DNA from: Acidaminococcales bacterium
GTDB lineage: Bacteria > Bacillota > Negativicutes > Acidaminococcales > JAISLQ01
Direction of reading: 5' to 3'
Assembly: GCA_031551525.1 (NCBI GenBank)
Contig: JAVBNN010000004.1
Location: 29,446 to 93,445 of the forward strand
DNA length: 64,000 bases
The notes beneath the pieces were generated by a model, which saw only the letters and a program-made list of their open reading frames with translations, searched no databases and had not been told where the DNA came from. Positions 56,316 to 64,000 of this stretch are shown one piece after another. A program made the position numbers and the translations under genes. How positions within the stretch are numbered: the first letter of the stretch is position 1; each line of letters starts with the position of its first letter.

Positions 56316-57605
56316 TTACCTGTAAGAATAATTGAAATTTACGGTGACTTTGACATAATTCTTATTATAGTCGGCCGGCGGACGGAATTTGTACCAGCCG
56401 GTCGTGGATTTCAGCGGTGGCACCACTTTATCCACAGGAGTATTGTATTTGACCGTGTAAGTTTTTTGCACACCGGCAGCCGTCTTGTAGACCAGGGTCA
56501 GGGTAGCGTTGTTTATCCTGGTGACCGTACGGTTGTTAAAATTATTTACATACTGCCCGTGTACTGTCCTGGTGCCGTCGCTGTTGCCGACAACCTTGGT
56601 AGTTTTCCAGGCTACACTGCCTTTGGCGGCCGGTTTGGCAGCCGGTTTGGCAGCCGGTTTGGGAGCGGAGGCCTTGCCGGCAGCCATGCCTTTTTCATAG
56701 GCAGCCTTTTCGGCGGCGGACTGTTTTTGCTTTTCAGCAGCCAGACGGGCGGCATCGGCCTTTTTCTTATCATTTTCCGCCTCGGCCTTAGCCGCTTCTT
56801 CCATATCTTGTATATAACTTTCATATTCCGGTGGATCCATGAAAACATCTTCCGCTACCTCGGCAGCGCGGTTCTCCTGCCCGGAGAAGGCTTTCCAGAA
56901 AGCGCCTTCTTTGTCTATAAATTTGTCCAAATCACCATACGGTATGCCAAAACCAGGCACAAAACAGGCATCATCACTGGAGACGGTGTATACCCAAAAA
57001 TAATCGTCGCACAGCGCGAACTGCTGTCCTTTGGTCTTGGGATCCCAAAAAGTCTTGAAGGCGGAAAACTGCCAGCCTTCACTAGCGCTCGGGTCATACA
57101 GGCGGTAGTCCGTCTGGTCTTTAGCTATTTTCAGTATTTCTTCCTCATATTTACTGCCTTTTTTGAACAGATCGGCCATAGTGTATATCTTGCCGGTAGT
57201 CAGATCGATATGTACCATCTGCTCCACATATTCGACCCCATTGGCCGCAGGCAGTTCATTCAAGCCGGAAAAACACACTATCAAAAGGCGGTCGTTCAGG
57301 AAAAGCACCCGGTAATCCCCACTCAATCCTCCGTCTTTTCCTTTGTTTTCCAGGGAAAGTACTGCATTTTTTATATTTTCATTTATCTTTTTTTGCAGCG
57401 ACGTGTTCTTCATTTCCCTTACTTCCGGCAAAACAACGTCGACACTCTCTTTGCTGTATTCCACTGCTTTTATTGCTATCTTTGCTGCGTTCTCATCAAC
57501 CTTTCCCTCCGAATCATCACACCCGGCTGTTATCAGTAAAAATGCCAGCATGGCGGCCACACAAAGTAACCTGTAAAATCTTGAACAATTACTGCCTTTT
57601 GCCAT
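56316..57605 (-). CDS. lipoprotein with DUF3298/DUF4163-like N-terminal region, charged Ala/Lys linker and C-terminal beta-rich domain
   Basis: Lipobox LLITAG|CDD. The N-terminal half resembles PdaC/RsiV-type DUF4163-DUF3298 modules, from weak recollection. The linker is AAKAEAENDKKKADAARLAAEKQKQSAAEKAAYEKG...KPAAKPAAKPAAKG. The 416-aa + strand ORF at 56289..57539 is its antisense shadow. Confidence 0.6.
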   Translation of the reverse strand: MAKGSNCSRFYRLLCVAAMLAFLLITAGCDDSEGKVDENAAKIAIKAVEYSKESVDVVLPEVREMKNTSLQKKINENIKNAVLSLENKGKDGGLSGDYRVLFLNDRLLIVCFSGLNELPAANGVEYVEQMVHIDLTTGKIYTMADLFKKGSKYEEEILKIAKDQTDYRLYDPSASEGWQFSAFKTFWDPKTKGQQFALCDDYFWVYTVSSDDACFVPGFGIPYGDLDKFIDKEGAFWKAFSGQENRAAEVAEDVFMDPPEYESYIQDMEEAAKAEAENDKKKADAARLAAEKQKQSAAEKAAYEKGMAAGKASAPKPAAKPAAKPAAKGSVAWKTTKVVGNSDGTRTVHGQYVNNFNNRTVTRINNATLTLVYKTAAGVQKTYTVKYNTPVDKVVPPLKSTTGWYKFRPPADYNKNYVKVTVNFNYSYR

Positions 57606-57822
57606 ATACTCGCCCCTCCCGCTCTACTTTCCCTATAAATAAAATGATCTTTATTGCTGTTAATACGACTTTACAAGATTTTTTCCTCTTTTACAATGAA
57701 AAAATATACGAACGTATATCTGTTTGGTACTAATTATTAACAAAGTGCAAATAACCGGGAAAACTGTTATAATATATAAGTCAAAATATGTTTTCCGCAT
57801 AGTTGCGGAAGGAGAGAATACC

Positions 57823-58566
57823 TTGACTATTATGAAAGGCGCCGAGCCTTATTTATTGCCATCGGGTGGCAAAGGAGTATTGTTGATACACGGTTTTACC
57901 GGTTCGCCCGCTGAAATGAAGCTTTTGGGCGAGTACCTGCACGAACGCAATTTTACTGTGCTGGCTGTACGGTTGCCTGGACACGGTACCTGCGTGGAAG
58001 ATCTTGCGCGTACCGTTTGGACGGAATGGTACCAAGCGGTGGAAGACGGATACCACATCCTGCGTAAACTGTGCTCGGAAGTATCGGTAGTCGGCACATC
58101 GTTGGGCGCTCTTTTGGCGTTGCATCTGTCTGCACGCTATTCCGTCGAAAGAGTCGTGGCCATATCGACGCCTATTTTCGTCTACGACAAACGGGCGCCC
58201 CTTTTGCCCTTCTATCGTTTGTTCAGAAAATATCTGCCCAAACGTAAACGCCGTTACACGATCGAGCAAGCGCATAATGTTTCTTATGATAAATACCCAC
58301 TTGCACCACTCGCGAGCCTATTTAAGCTGCGCGACCTGGTCAAAGAAGAACTTTCCGATATCACTGAACCGGTGCTCATCGTCCAGTCAAGGGTGGAACA
58401 TACCGCAACTCCCGACAGCGCAAGCTATATCTACAAGCACTTGGCCAGCGAAAAAAAAGAACTTATGTGGCTTGACGCTTCCGGCCACATGGTAATACTT
58501 GATGAAGAACGGGAAAAAGTATATGAACGCATAAATGCTTTTTTAAAGGAGGAAGAAGATGAGTGA
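57823..58566 (+). CDS. alpha/beta hydrolase (carboxylesterase / lysophospholipase-like)
   Basis: TTG start 8 nt after GGAGAG, with an alternative ATG at 57832. It has the oxyanion motif LIHGFTGSP, the nucleophile elbow GTSLGA and a C-terminal GH. The track start at 57724 has no ribosome-binding site. Confidence 0.8.
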   Translation: MTIMKGAEPYLLPSGGKGVLLIHGFTGSPAEMKLLGEYLHERNFTVLAVRLPGHGTCVEDLARTVWTEWYQAVEDGYHILRKLCSEVSVVGTSLGALLALHLSARYSVERVVAISTPIFVYDKRAPLLPFYRLFRKYLPKRKRRYTIEQAHNVSYDKYPLAPLASLFKLRDLVKEELSDITEPVLIVQSRVEHTATPDSASYIYKHLASEKKELMWLDASGHMVILDEEREKVYERINAFLKEEEDE

Positions 58567-58951
58567 CCAATACAGCTGGTGCTTTGCTTGCGGCAAAGAC
58601 AACCCTATCGGCCTCAAACTGGAGTTTGAACTGACAGAAGCCCAATACAGCACGGTTTTTATCCCCGGCCCGGAGCATCAAAGTTATGATGGACGCGTGC
58701 ACGGCGGCATCATCACAACCCTCTTGGATGAAGTAATAGCCGGTTTTGTGCATAAAAGCACTGGCAAAGACGCGTTTACCGCCCGCCTTGAAGTGCGCTA
58801 TCGACAGCCGGTGCCTATAGGCCAGCCGCTCCGCGCCGTAGCACGCCCCATAAAACAAAAAGGACGCATGTATGAGATGCAGGGGGAACTCTTCCTGGCA
58901 GACGGCCAACTGGCCGCCGAAGCCACCGGCAAGATCCTCCTGGCTACCTGA
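58559..58951 (+). CDS. PaaI/4HBT-family hotdog-fold thioesterase
   Basis: 130 aa. WCFACGKDNPIGLKL ... HGGIITTLLDEVIAGF. It overlaps the hydrolase gene by 8 nt. Confidence 0.75.
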   Translation: MSDQYSWCFACGKDNPIGLKLEFELTEAQYSTVFIPGPEHQSYDGRVHGGIITTLLDEVIAGFVHKSTGKDAFTARLEVRYRQPVPIGQPLRAVARPIKQKGRMYEMQGELFLADGQLAAEATGKILLAT

Positions 58952-58953
58952 CC

Positions 58954-61203
58954 ATGGGCAAAAAACAACTGCAAGAAAAAATCATCGCCCTCATGAAGTC
59001 CGACTCCTATAAACCTTTATCTGAAGAAGATATACTGCAAAAACTCGCTTTTGAAGGCAGCCAGGTAAAAGATTTTTGGGCCATAGTCAAAGAACTTGAA
59101 GAAGCGGGCGCTATCATTTGTACGCGCTTCAATACTTACGGACTGCCGGGAAAAATGAACCTCATCACCGGCACGGTTAGTATGACCGGCAAGGGTTTTG
59201 GCTTTCTCGTGCCGGAAAACAAATCCGGTGAAGACATATTTATCCCGCCGGACAGTTTGCTGGGCGCTATGAACGGCGATCGGGCCATCGCCCGCATCAA
59301 CAGCCGTCCTGAAGGCAAACAACCGGAAGGCGCGATCGTGCGCATCTTAAAGCGCGCCAACCCTACAGTAGTCGGCAATTTTAACCGCCGCGGCGATTAC
59401 GGGTTTGTAACACCAGATGACAAAAAATTGCAGCAGGATATTTTTATTGCCAAAAAGAACTTTAACGGCGCCAGAGACGGACAAAAAGTCGTAGCCGCAG
59501 TCACCTCCTGGCCGGAGCGCAATAAAAACGCCGAAGGACGCATCACGGAAATACTGGGCTTTGCCGGTGACAGCGGCCTTGAGGTATTGTCCATCATAAA
59601 GCAGCATGGCCTCGCCACCGAGTTTTCACCCAAAGTGCTGGCCGCCGCCAAAAAAATAAATAAAACCGTAACAGCTGACGAACTATCCGGTCGCCGCGAC
59701 CTAAGGGAGCGCTTTATCGTCACTATAGACTCTGACGACGCCAAAGACCTCGACGACGCTGTATACGCGGAGCATCTCTCCGGCGGCGATTGGCTGCTCG
59801 GCGTATATATAGCCGATGTCAGCCATTATGTAGTGGAAAACTCCGCGCTCGACGAAGAGGCCAAAGAACGCGGCACCAGCGTCTATCTGGTGGACCGCGT
59901 ACTGCCCATGCTGCCCGAGCGCCTGAGTAACGGCATTTGCAGCTTGAATGCCGGAGAAGACCGCTTGGTCATGGCCTGCGAGATGCAGATAAACCCCGCG
60001 GGTAAAGTAGTCAAACACGAAATATTTCCGGCAGTAATCAACGTCGGACTGCGTCTTAGCTACGCGCGGGTCAAGAGTTTACTCGAAGACGACGTTCTGC
60101 CGGCTGATACATCCATCCAGTTGGTCAGCCTTCTAAAAACCATGGTCGGCCTCCGGGGCGCACTGCGCAACAAACGCCTGGCGCGCGGCGCTATCGATTT
60201 TGATTTTCCCGAGCAAAAAGCCATACTGGACGCCAAAGGAAAACCGCTCGAAATAATACAGAAAAGACGCTCGGTCGCCGAATCCATCATCGAAGAATTC
60301 ATGCTGGCCGCCAACGAGACCGTGGCGGAAGAACTCTCCCGCCGCGGCATGCCCGCGATCTTCCGTGTGCATGAACCGCCGGCAGACGATAAAATCACCG
60401 CTTTGACCGGACTCCTTAATACCTTTAACCTGAAACTGCCCCCGGCCAAAAACATAACGCCGGGCGCGCTACAGGAACTGCTGGCTAAAATAGTCGGGCA
60501 GCCGGAGGAAAAACTCATCTCCAAGGTAGTGCTACGTTCACTTAAACAGGCAGAATACAAAGCGGAAAATCTCGGCCATTTCGGCCTGGCCGCCGAATAT
60601 TACACCCATTTTACGTCGCCCATCCGCCGCTATCCCGACCTAGTGGTACACCGGCGCCTGAAGGCCGGAGGGAAAACCTCTAAAAGCAATCAGGAAGCGC
60701 TTAAAACATACCTGGCCGCTACTGCCGAACACTCCTCCCGCCAGGAAAGAGCCGCCGAGCAGGCCGAGCGCGATACCCTCGACCTGAAAAAAGCCGAATA
60801 CATGCTGGGCTTTGTCGGCGAACAATTTGACGGCGTCATCAGCAGCGTTACCGCCTTCGGTCTCTTTGTGGAGCTCGCGAACGGCGTCGAGGGGTTGCTG
60901 CATATGTCAGCCCTGGCCGATGATTATTACGTATATGTAGAAGAAAAATACTGCCTGATCGGTGAGATGACCAAAAAAGTATACCGTATCGGCGATACGG
61001 TAACTATCGAAGTACTGTCTGCCAATATAACCAACCGCACGGTAGACTTCATCCTGCCCGGACAAACGGTCGGCGTCAAAAAAACGCTAACGAAAAAATC
61101 ACCGGAGCACAGCCAGACCCGTGGGCCAAAGTCCCGCAAACCGGCTAAAAGTATCGTAAACAAAAAAAATAAAAACTTGGCTAAAAACAAAAAAAGTCGC
61201 TGA
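58954..61203 (+). CDS. rnr: ribonuclease R
   Basis: 749 aa. It has cold-shock/OB N-terminal domains, an RNB catalytic core ([40 protein letters not shown]), an S1 domain and a Lys-rich tail. Confidence 0.9.
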   Translation: MGKKQLQEKIIALMKSDSYKPLSEEDILQKLAFEGSQVKDFWAIVKELEEAGAIICTRFNTYGLPGKMNLITGTVSMTGKGFGFLVPENKSGEDIFIPPDSLLGAMNGDRAIARINSRPEGKQPEGAIVRILKRANPTVVGNFNRRGDYGFVTPDDKKLQQDIFIAKKNFNGARDGQKVVAAVTSWPERNKNAEGRITEILGFAGDSGLEVLSIIKQHGLATEFSPKVLAAAKKINKTVTADELSGRRDLRERFIVTIDSDDAKDLDDAVYAEHLSGGDWLLGVYIADVSHYVVENSALDEEAKERGTSVYLVDRVLPMLPERLSNGICSLNAGEDRLVMACEMQINPAGKVVKHEIFPAVINVGLRLSYARVKSLLEDDVLPADTSIQLVSLLKTMVGLRGALRNKRLARGAIDFDFPEQKAILDAKGKPLEIIQKRRSVAESIIEEFMLAANETVAEELSRRGMPAIFRVHEPPADDKITALTGLLNTFNLKLPPAKNITPGALQELLAKIVGQPEEKLISKVVLRSLKQAEYKAENLGHFGLAAEYYTHFTSPIRRYPDLVVHRRLKAGGKTSKSNQEALKTYLAATAEHSSRQERAAEQAERDTLDLKKAEYMLGFVGEQFDGVISSVTAFGLFVELANGVEGLLHMSALADDYYVYVEEKYCLIGEMTKKVYRIGDTVTIEVLSANITNRTVDFILPGQTVGVKKTLTKKSPEHSQTRGPKSRKPAKSIVNKKNKNLAKNKKSR

Positions 61204-61220
61204 GCGGAGGAATACCGAAC

Positions 61221-61691
61221 ATGGAAGAGCGCCGCATAAAAATCGTCGCAGACAACCGAAAAGCGCGGCATGACTACTTTATACACGAAACGTACGAAGC
61301 CGGCCTCGCCCTCACCGGCACAGAGGTAAAGTCCCTGCGCGCCGGCAAGGCCAACCTCAAAGACAGTTACGCCCAAATAGACAAAAACGCAGAAGTGTAC
61401 TTGAACAATCTTCACATAAGTCCTTACGAACAGGGTAACAGGTTTAACCACGACCCGCTGCGCCCGAGAAAACTACTTTTGCATAAAGCGGAAATCAGTA
61501 AACTCATTGGCAAAGTAAAAGAAAAAGGCTACACGCTGATTCCGCTTAAAATATACTTTTCCCGTGGCCGGGCCAAGATCGAGTTGGCGCTCGCCACCGG
61601 CAAAAAACTTTACGACAAGCGGCAGGATATCGCCGAAAAAGACGCCAAGCGTGAAATCGCGCGCATCGCCAAAGACCGGCAGCACGAATGA
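61221..61691 (+). CDS. smpB: SsrA-binding protein
   Basis: [33 protein letters not shown]...LLLHKAEI... 156 aa. Confidence 0.95.
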   Translation: MEERRIKIVADNRKARHDYFIHETYEAGLALTGTEVKSLRAGKANLKDSYAQIDKNAEVYLNNLHISPYEQGNRFNHDPLRPRKLLLHKAEISKLIGKVKEKGYTLIPLKIYFSRGRAKIELALATGKKLYDKRQDIAEKDAKREIARIAKDRQHE

Positions 61692-61709
61692 CTTTAAGGG
61701 GGATTTACC

Positions 61710-62618
61710 ATGAAAAAGCTCTTGATCACCGCCCTATCCAGCGTCATCCTGCTCACCGGGCTATGCCCCGGCGGCGCAGCCGCCGCGCCTGTGCATCCAG
61801 CCACGGCCATTTTGAAGGTATATGAAAAAGAACTGCCCTATATTGACTTTTTCTCACCTTACATTGTCAGCATACTTGCCCTTAATGAACTCGAACACCA
61901 GCGGCACATCACGGAGGTCAGGGCTTTTCTCCAGTGGTATCTTGACAATCTAAATTACCCCGATAAGCACGGCATGAACGGCACTATTTACGACTTTCAC
62001 ATAAAAAACGGCCAGCAGGAAGCCAATCAAAACTACGACTCAGTCGACGGTTATTCCGGCCTTTTTCTCCACCTGCTTTATAAGTACGTCCTTTTGACCG
62101 GTGACCACAGTATTTTGGCTGGCAACTGGACCAGGATAGACGACATAGCCTACACCCTGCCCTCTCTCCAGGATGCCAAAGACGGTTTGACCGTGGTAAT
62201 GCCCGGCCGCGATACCAAATACCTGATGGACAACTGCGAATCCTACGCCGGCGTCACCGCCTATATCGAACTGCGCCGCCTGGCCTCCTTGCCGGACGAT
62301 CCCTTTTACGGCCCCGTGCAGAAAAACATAAAAGATGGTATTTTACACCATCTTTTTGACAAACAAAACAACAACTTTTTCTGGGCGCTCGACAGCGTAA
62401 ACCAGCACCGCTCTGGCTGGGTGGTATTTTACCCGGACGGATTTGCCCAGATATTTCCACTTTATTACGACATCCTGCCGGAAGGCTCCCCCCTCAAACG
62501 CCAGCTCTGGGAAAAATTCAACCGGGCTTTCGCCGGCCAGATGCCGACTTACCCGGTCGAACAACGAATCATATACGGTTTGACCAAAGAAAAACTGGCT
62601 CAACAAGGGATCGAATAA
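61710..62618 (+). CDS. secreted protein of unknown function
   Basis: Signal peptide MKKLLITALSSVILLTGLCPGGAAA|AP. GGGGGA ribosome-binding site. It is aromatic-rich (W/Y/F) and could be a glycan-binding or alpha/alpha-toroid-like fold. I recognise no motif with confidence. Confidence 0.5.
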   Translation: MKKLLITALSSVILLTGLCPGGAAAAPVHPATAILKVYEKELPYIDFFSPYIVSILALNELEHQRHITEVRAFLQWYLDNLNYPDKHGMNGTIYDFHIKNGQQEANQNYDSVDGYSGLFLHLLYKYVLLTGDHSILAGNWTRIDDIAYTLPSLQDAKDGLTVVMPGRDTKYLMDNCESYAGVTAYIELRRLASLPDDPFYGPVQKNIKDGILHHLFDKQNNNFFWALDSVNQHRSGWVVFYPDGFAQIFPLYYDILPEGSPLKRQLWEKFNRAFAGQMPTYPVEQRIIYGLTKEKLAQQGIE

Positions 62619-62624
62619 AACCGC

Positions 62625-63479
62625 CTACCTTTGCAGTATAAGGATGCTTCCCAATACCATCGCCACACCAAGAAGCTGCACCGGCACAAAAGTTTCATTG
62701 AACAGTATCACCGCCAGGATTATCGTAATCACCGGCTCGATCGTACTGATGATGGACACCTTGCTCGGCCCGATCAGCCTTATCCCTTCGAATAAAAACA
62801 TAATGGAAAAGAACGTGCAAAAGATCGCGCAGCCCACTATCGCCAGCCAGGCGGTCATACTGATCCCCGTCGTGTAGTCCCCGCTCACCAGCGCGCTCAC
62901 GATATAAAGTATGGCAGCCCCGCTAACGATAAGCGCCGTACTGACCAGCGGCTCTACATTTTTAGTAAAGTGCGCCCCGGCAGTTATGTAAAAAGTATAA
63001 AACACCGCGCACAAAACGCCAAACAGCACACCCATATAGTCGAGTTCCGCCGCATTACCGCCCAGCACTATGACCATGCCGGAAAAAGACAATATAAGCG
63101 CCAGCAGCTTGTTGCGGCTGAACAGCTCCATCCCCAACGCGATAGTGAGCACAGTGACCATCGCTGGATAGAGGTAAAGCAAGAGCGCCGCCATTCCCGC
63201 GCCGGTACGATGTACCGCCTGTACCAGAAAAGCCGACGTCACGCCGTAGCCCAACGCCCCTACCAGCATGATAGCCACTGCCGTTGAGAGCGGCGCCAGC
63301 GGCAGCTTCCTATATATGACCATCCCCCATAGAGCCACCGCTGCCACAGGAAACCGCGTCGCCATGATAGTGACCGTATTGGCGCCTCCAGCGAGGGCGT
63401 ATGGGATAAAAATAGCCAGCACGGCGAAACAGCAGGCTGACAGGATACTGTAAACAGTACCCCTCAAAGTGTCTGACAT
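62625..63479 (-). CDS. EamA/DMT-family transporter
   Basis: 284 aa with ten hydrophobic helices and a duplicated 5-TM EamA-like organisation. Confidence 0.75.
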   Translation of the reverse strand: MSDTLRGTVYSILSACCFAVLAIFIPYALAGGANTVTIMATRFPVAAVALWGMVIYRKLPLAPLSTAVAIMLVGALGYGVTSAFLVQAVHRTGAGMAALLLYLYPAMVTVLTIALGMELFSRNKLLALILSFSGMVIVLGGNAAELDYMGVLFGVLCAVFYTFYITAGAHFTKNVEPLVSTALIVSGAAILYIVSALVSGDYTTGISMTAWLAIVGCAIFCTFFSIMFLFEGIRLIGPSKVSIISTIEPVITIILAVILFNETFVPVQLLGVAMVLGSILILQR

Positions 63480-63599
63480 AACTTTTGCTCCTCGTATAAA
63501 TATGACTAGATTATAGCACGCGGTCTGTTGTTTGTCCCACTCATGCAGGAAAAGAGCTGTTGCCTTGCTGGCAGCAGCTCTTTGTAAAATATCCGATTA

Positions 63600-64000
63600 T
63601 CAACTTTTAACAGGCATATTCTTCATCATAGCGCCAAGATCAGTCACCGGCACCCCTTCCGGCAGCGCAAACACACTATCCGGCACGGCTTCTACCTTCA
63701 TGTTCTTAAATTCCATCACCTGTTTATCGCCGCTGGCGCTGGTCATCTCCACCCGCATTGGCATACCGTAGTCCTCGCGCACCCACAGTTTTTGCGTTGC
63801 GTTGCCCGCGTCTTCCAGGAGCAGCACCTTGCACTTTACCCCCTCATACGTCGTGCTTTCCAACACCTTGAACTTGGCTGGATCTACCTCTTTGCTGTAC
63901 TTATCCGGCATGGCCGGTATCTTAGCCGGGTCGAGCGCCATTTTAGTCGCTAGTTTCTGATCCGGCAGATAATTATACATGACGCTGGCTGAGCCGTCTA
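63600..64000 (-). CDS. hypothetical exported protein (possibly LolA-fold/DUF4412-like); 5' end probably beyond the window
   Basis: The frame upstream of the track's Met (63980) stays open to the window edge (...DGSASV-MYNYLPDQ). The C-terminal part is YEGVKCKVLLLEDAGNATQKLWVREDYGMPMRVEM. The family assignment is tentative. Confidence 0.4.
   Translation of the reverse strand, partial: DGSASVMYNYLPDQKLATKMALDPAKIPAMPDKYSKEVDPAKFKVLESTTYEGVKCKVLLLEDAGNATQKLWVREDYGMPMRVEMTSASGDKQVMEFKNMKVEAVPDSVFALPEGVPVTDLGAMMKNMPVKS

Noticed and set aside
56289-57539. Long + strand ORF of 416 aa. Similar long shadow ORFs occur at 37631..38686, 33124..34119, 45977..46918, 45015..45851 and 22406..23020.
   Set aside because: - Each lies fully antisense to a gene with clear family motifs (lipoprotein, ilvB, TonB receptor, ilvN/T-box, ilvC, potD).
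- Their translations are low-complexity or biased (F/L/R/G-rich).
- They lack ribosome-binding sites and recognisable domains.
61692-61709. I expected a tmRNA (ssrA) gene downstream of smpB.
   Set aside because: - Only 18 nt separate smpB from the next protein gene.
- No tRNA-Ala-like acceptor/T-arm or tag-peptide reading frame is visible before the window ends, so ssrA must lie elsewhere.

Overview
The window is a gene-dense chromosomal segment, about 90% coding, with roughly 58 protein genes, two tRNA-Leu genes and three cis-regulatory RNAs. I saw no transposase, integrase, phage gene, CRISPR array or recognisable defence system. The gene content suggests a diderm Firmicute (Negativicutes-like). 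Firmicute-style regulation (two T-box leaders, strong GGAGG ribosome-binding sites, a polA-mutM-coaE block) sits beside outer-membrane proteins (a TonB-dependent receptor, an autotransporter, an EptA-like lipid A modifier). This taxonomic placement is inference only.

Contents from left to right:
- A partial FAD oxidoreductase gene, open to the left edge and missing from the ORF track.
- A coiled-coil lipoprotein, then tRNA-Leu(GAG) and tRNA-Leu(CAG).
- slt-coaE-mutM-polA.
- A 1203-aa Pmp-repeat autotransporter carrying an in-frame 26 x 9-bp (Thr-Asp-Pro) microsatellite.
- A divergently transcribed polytopic-membrane LuxR-type regulator.
- A GyrI-like protein and an aminotransferase.
- A cupin-namZ-HD-gdh operon, then potABCD.
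- A LysR / VOC-epimerase / GntP / BKACE / beta-hydroxyacid dehydrogenase cassette.
- cca and an EptA-like transferase.
- A cobalamin-riboswitch-controlled btuFCD / TonB-dependent receptor / cbiZ operon.
- A T-box-controlled ilvN-ilvC-leuA-leuC-leuD-leuC'-leuB-ilvB operon with a duplicated leuC.
- A GNAT acetyltransferase and T-box(Ser)-serA.
- An Lsa-like ABC-F gene behind a leader-peptide attenuator.
- An HD-GYP protein, pheA, ddh and a MATE transporter.
- A lipoprotein, an esterase, a thioesterase, rnr and smpB.
- A secreted protein, an EamA transporter and a partial gene at the right edge.

I did not find a clear-cut novel system. The best candidates for undescribed biology are:
- the orphan BKACE catabolic cassette;
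- the leuC duplication with its structured 196-nt spacer;
- the membrane-LuxR / autotransporter pair;
- the absence of a terminator between the ilv-leu operon and the B12 riboswitch.

Many ORF-track starts are over-extended into leaders or upstream genes. I re-set them using Shine-Dalgarno spacing. Hairpin and motif coordinates were indexed by hand and may be off by 1-2 nt. No searches or folding computations were run.
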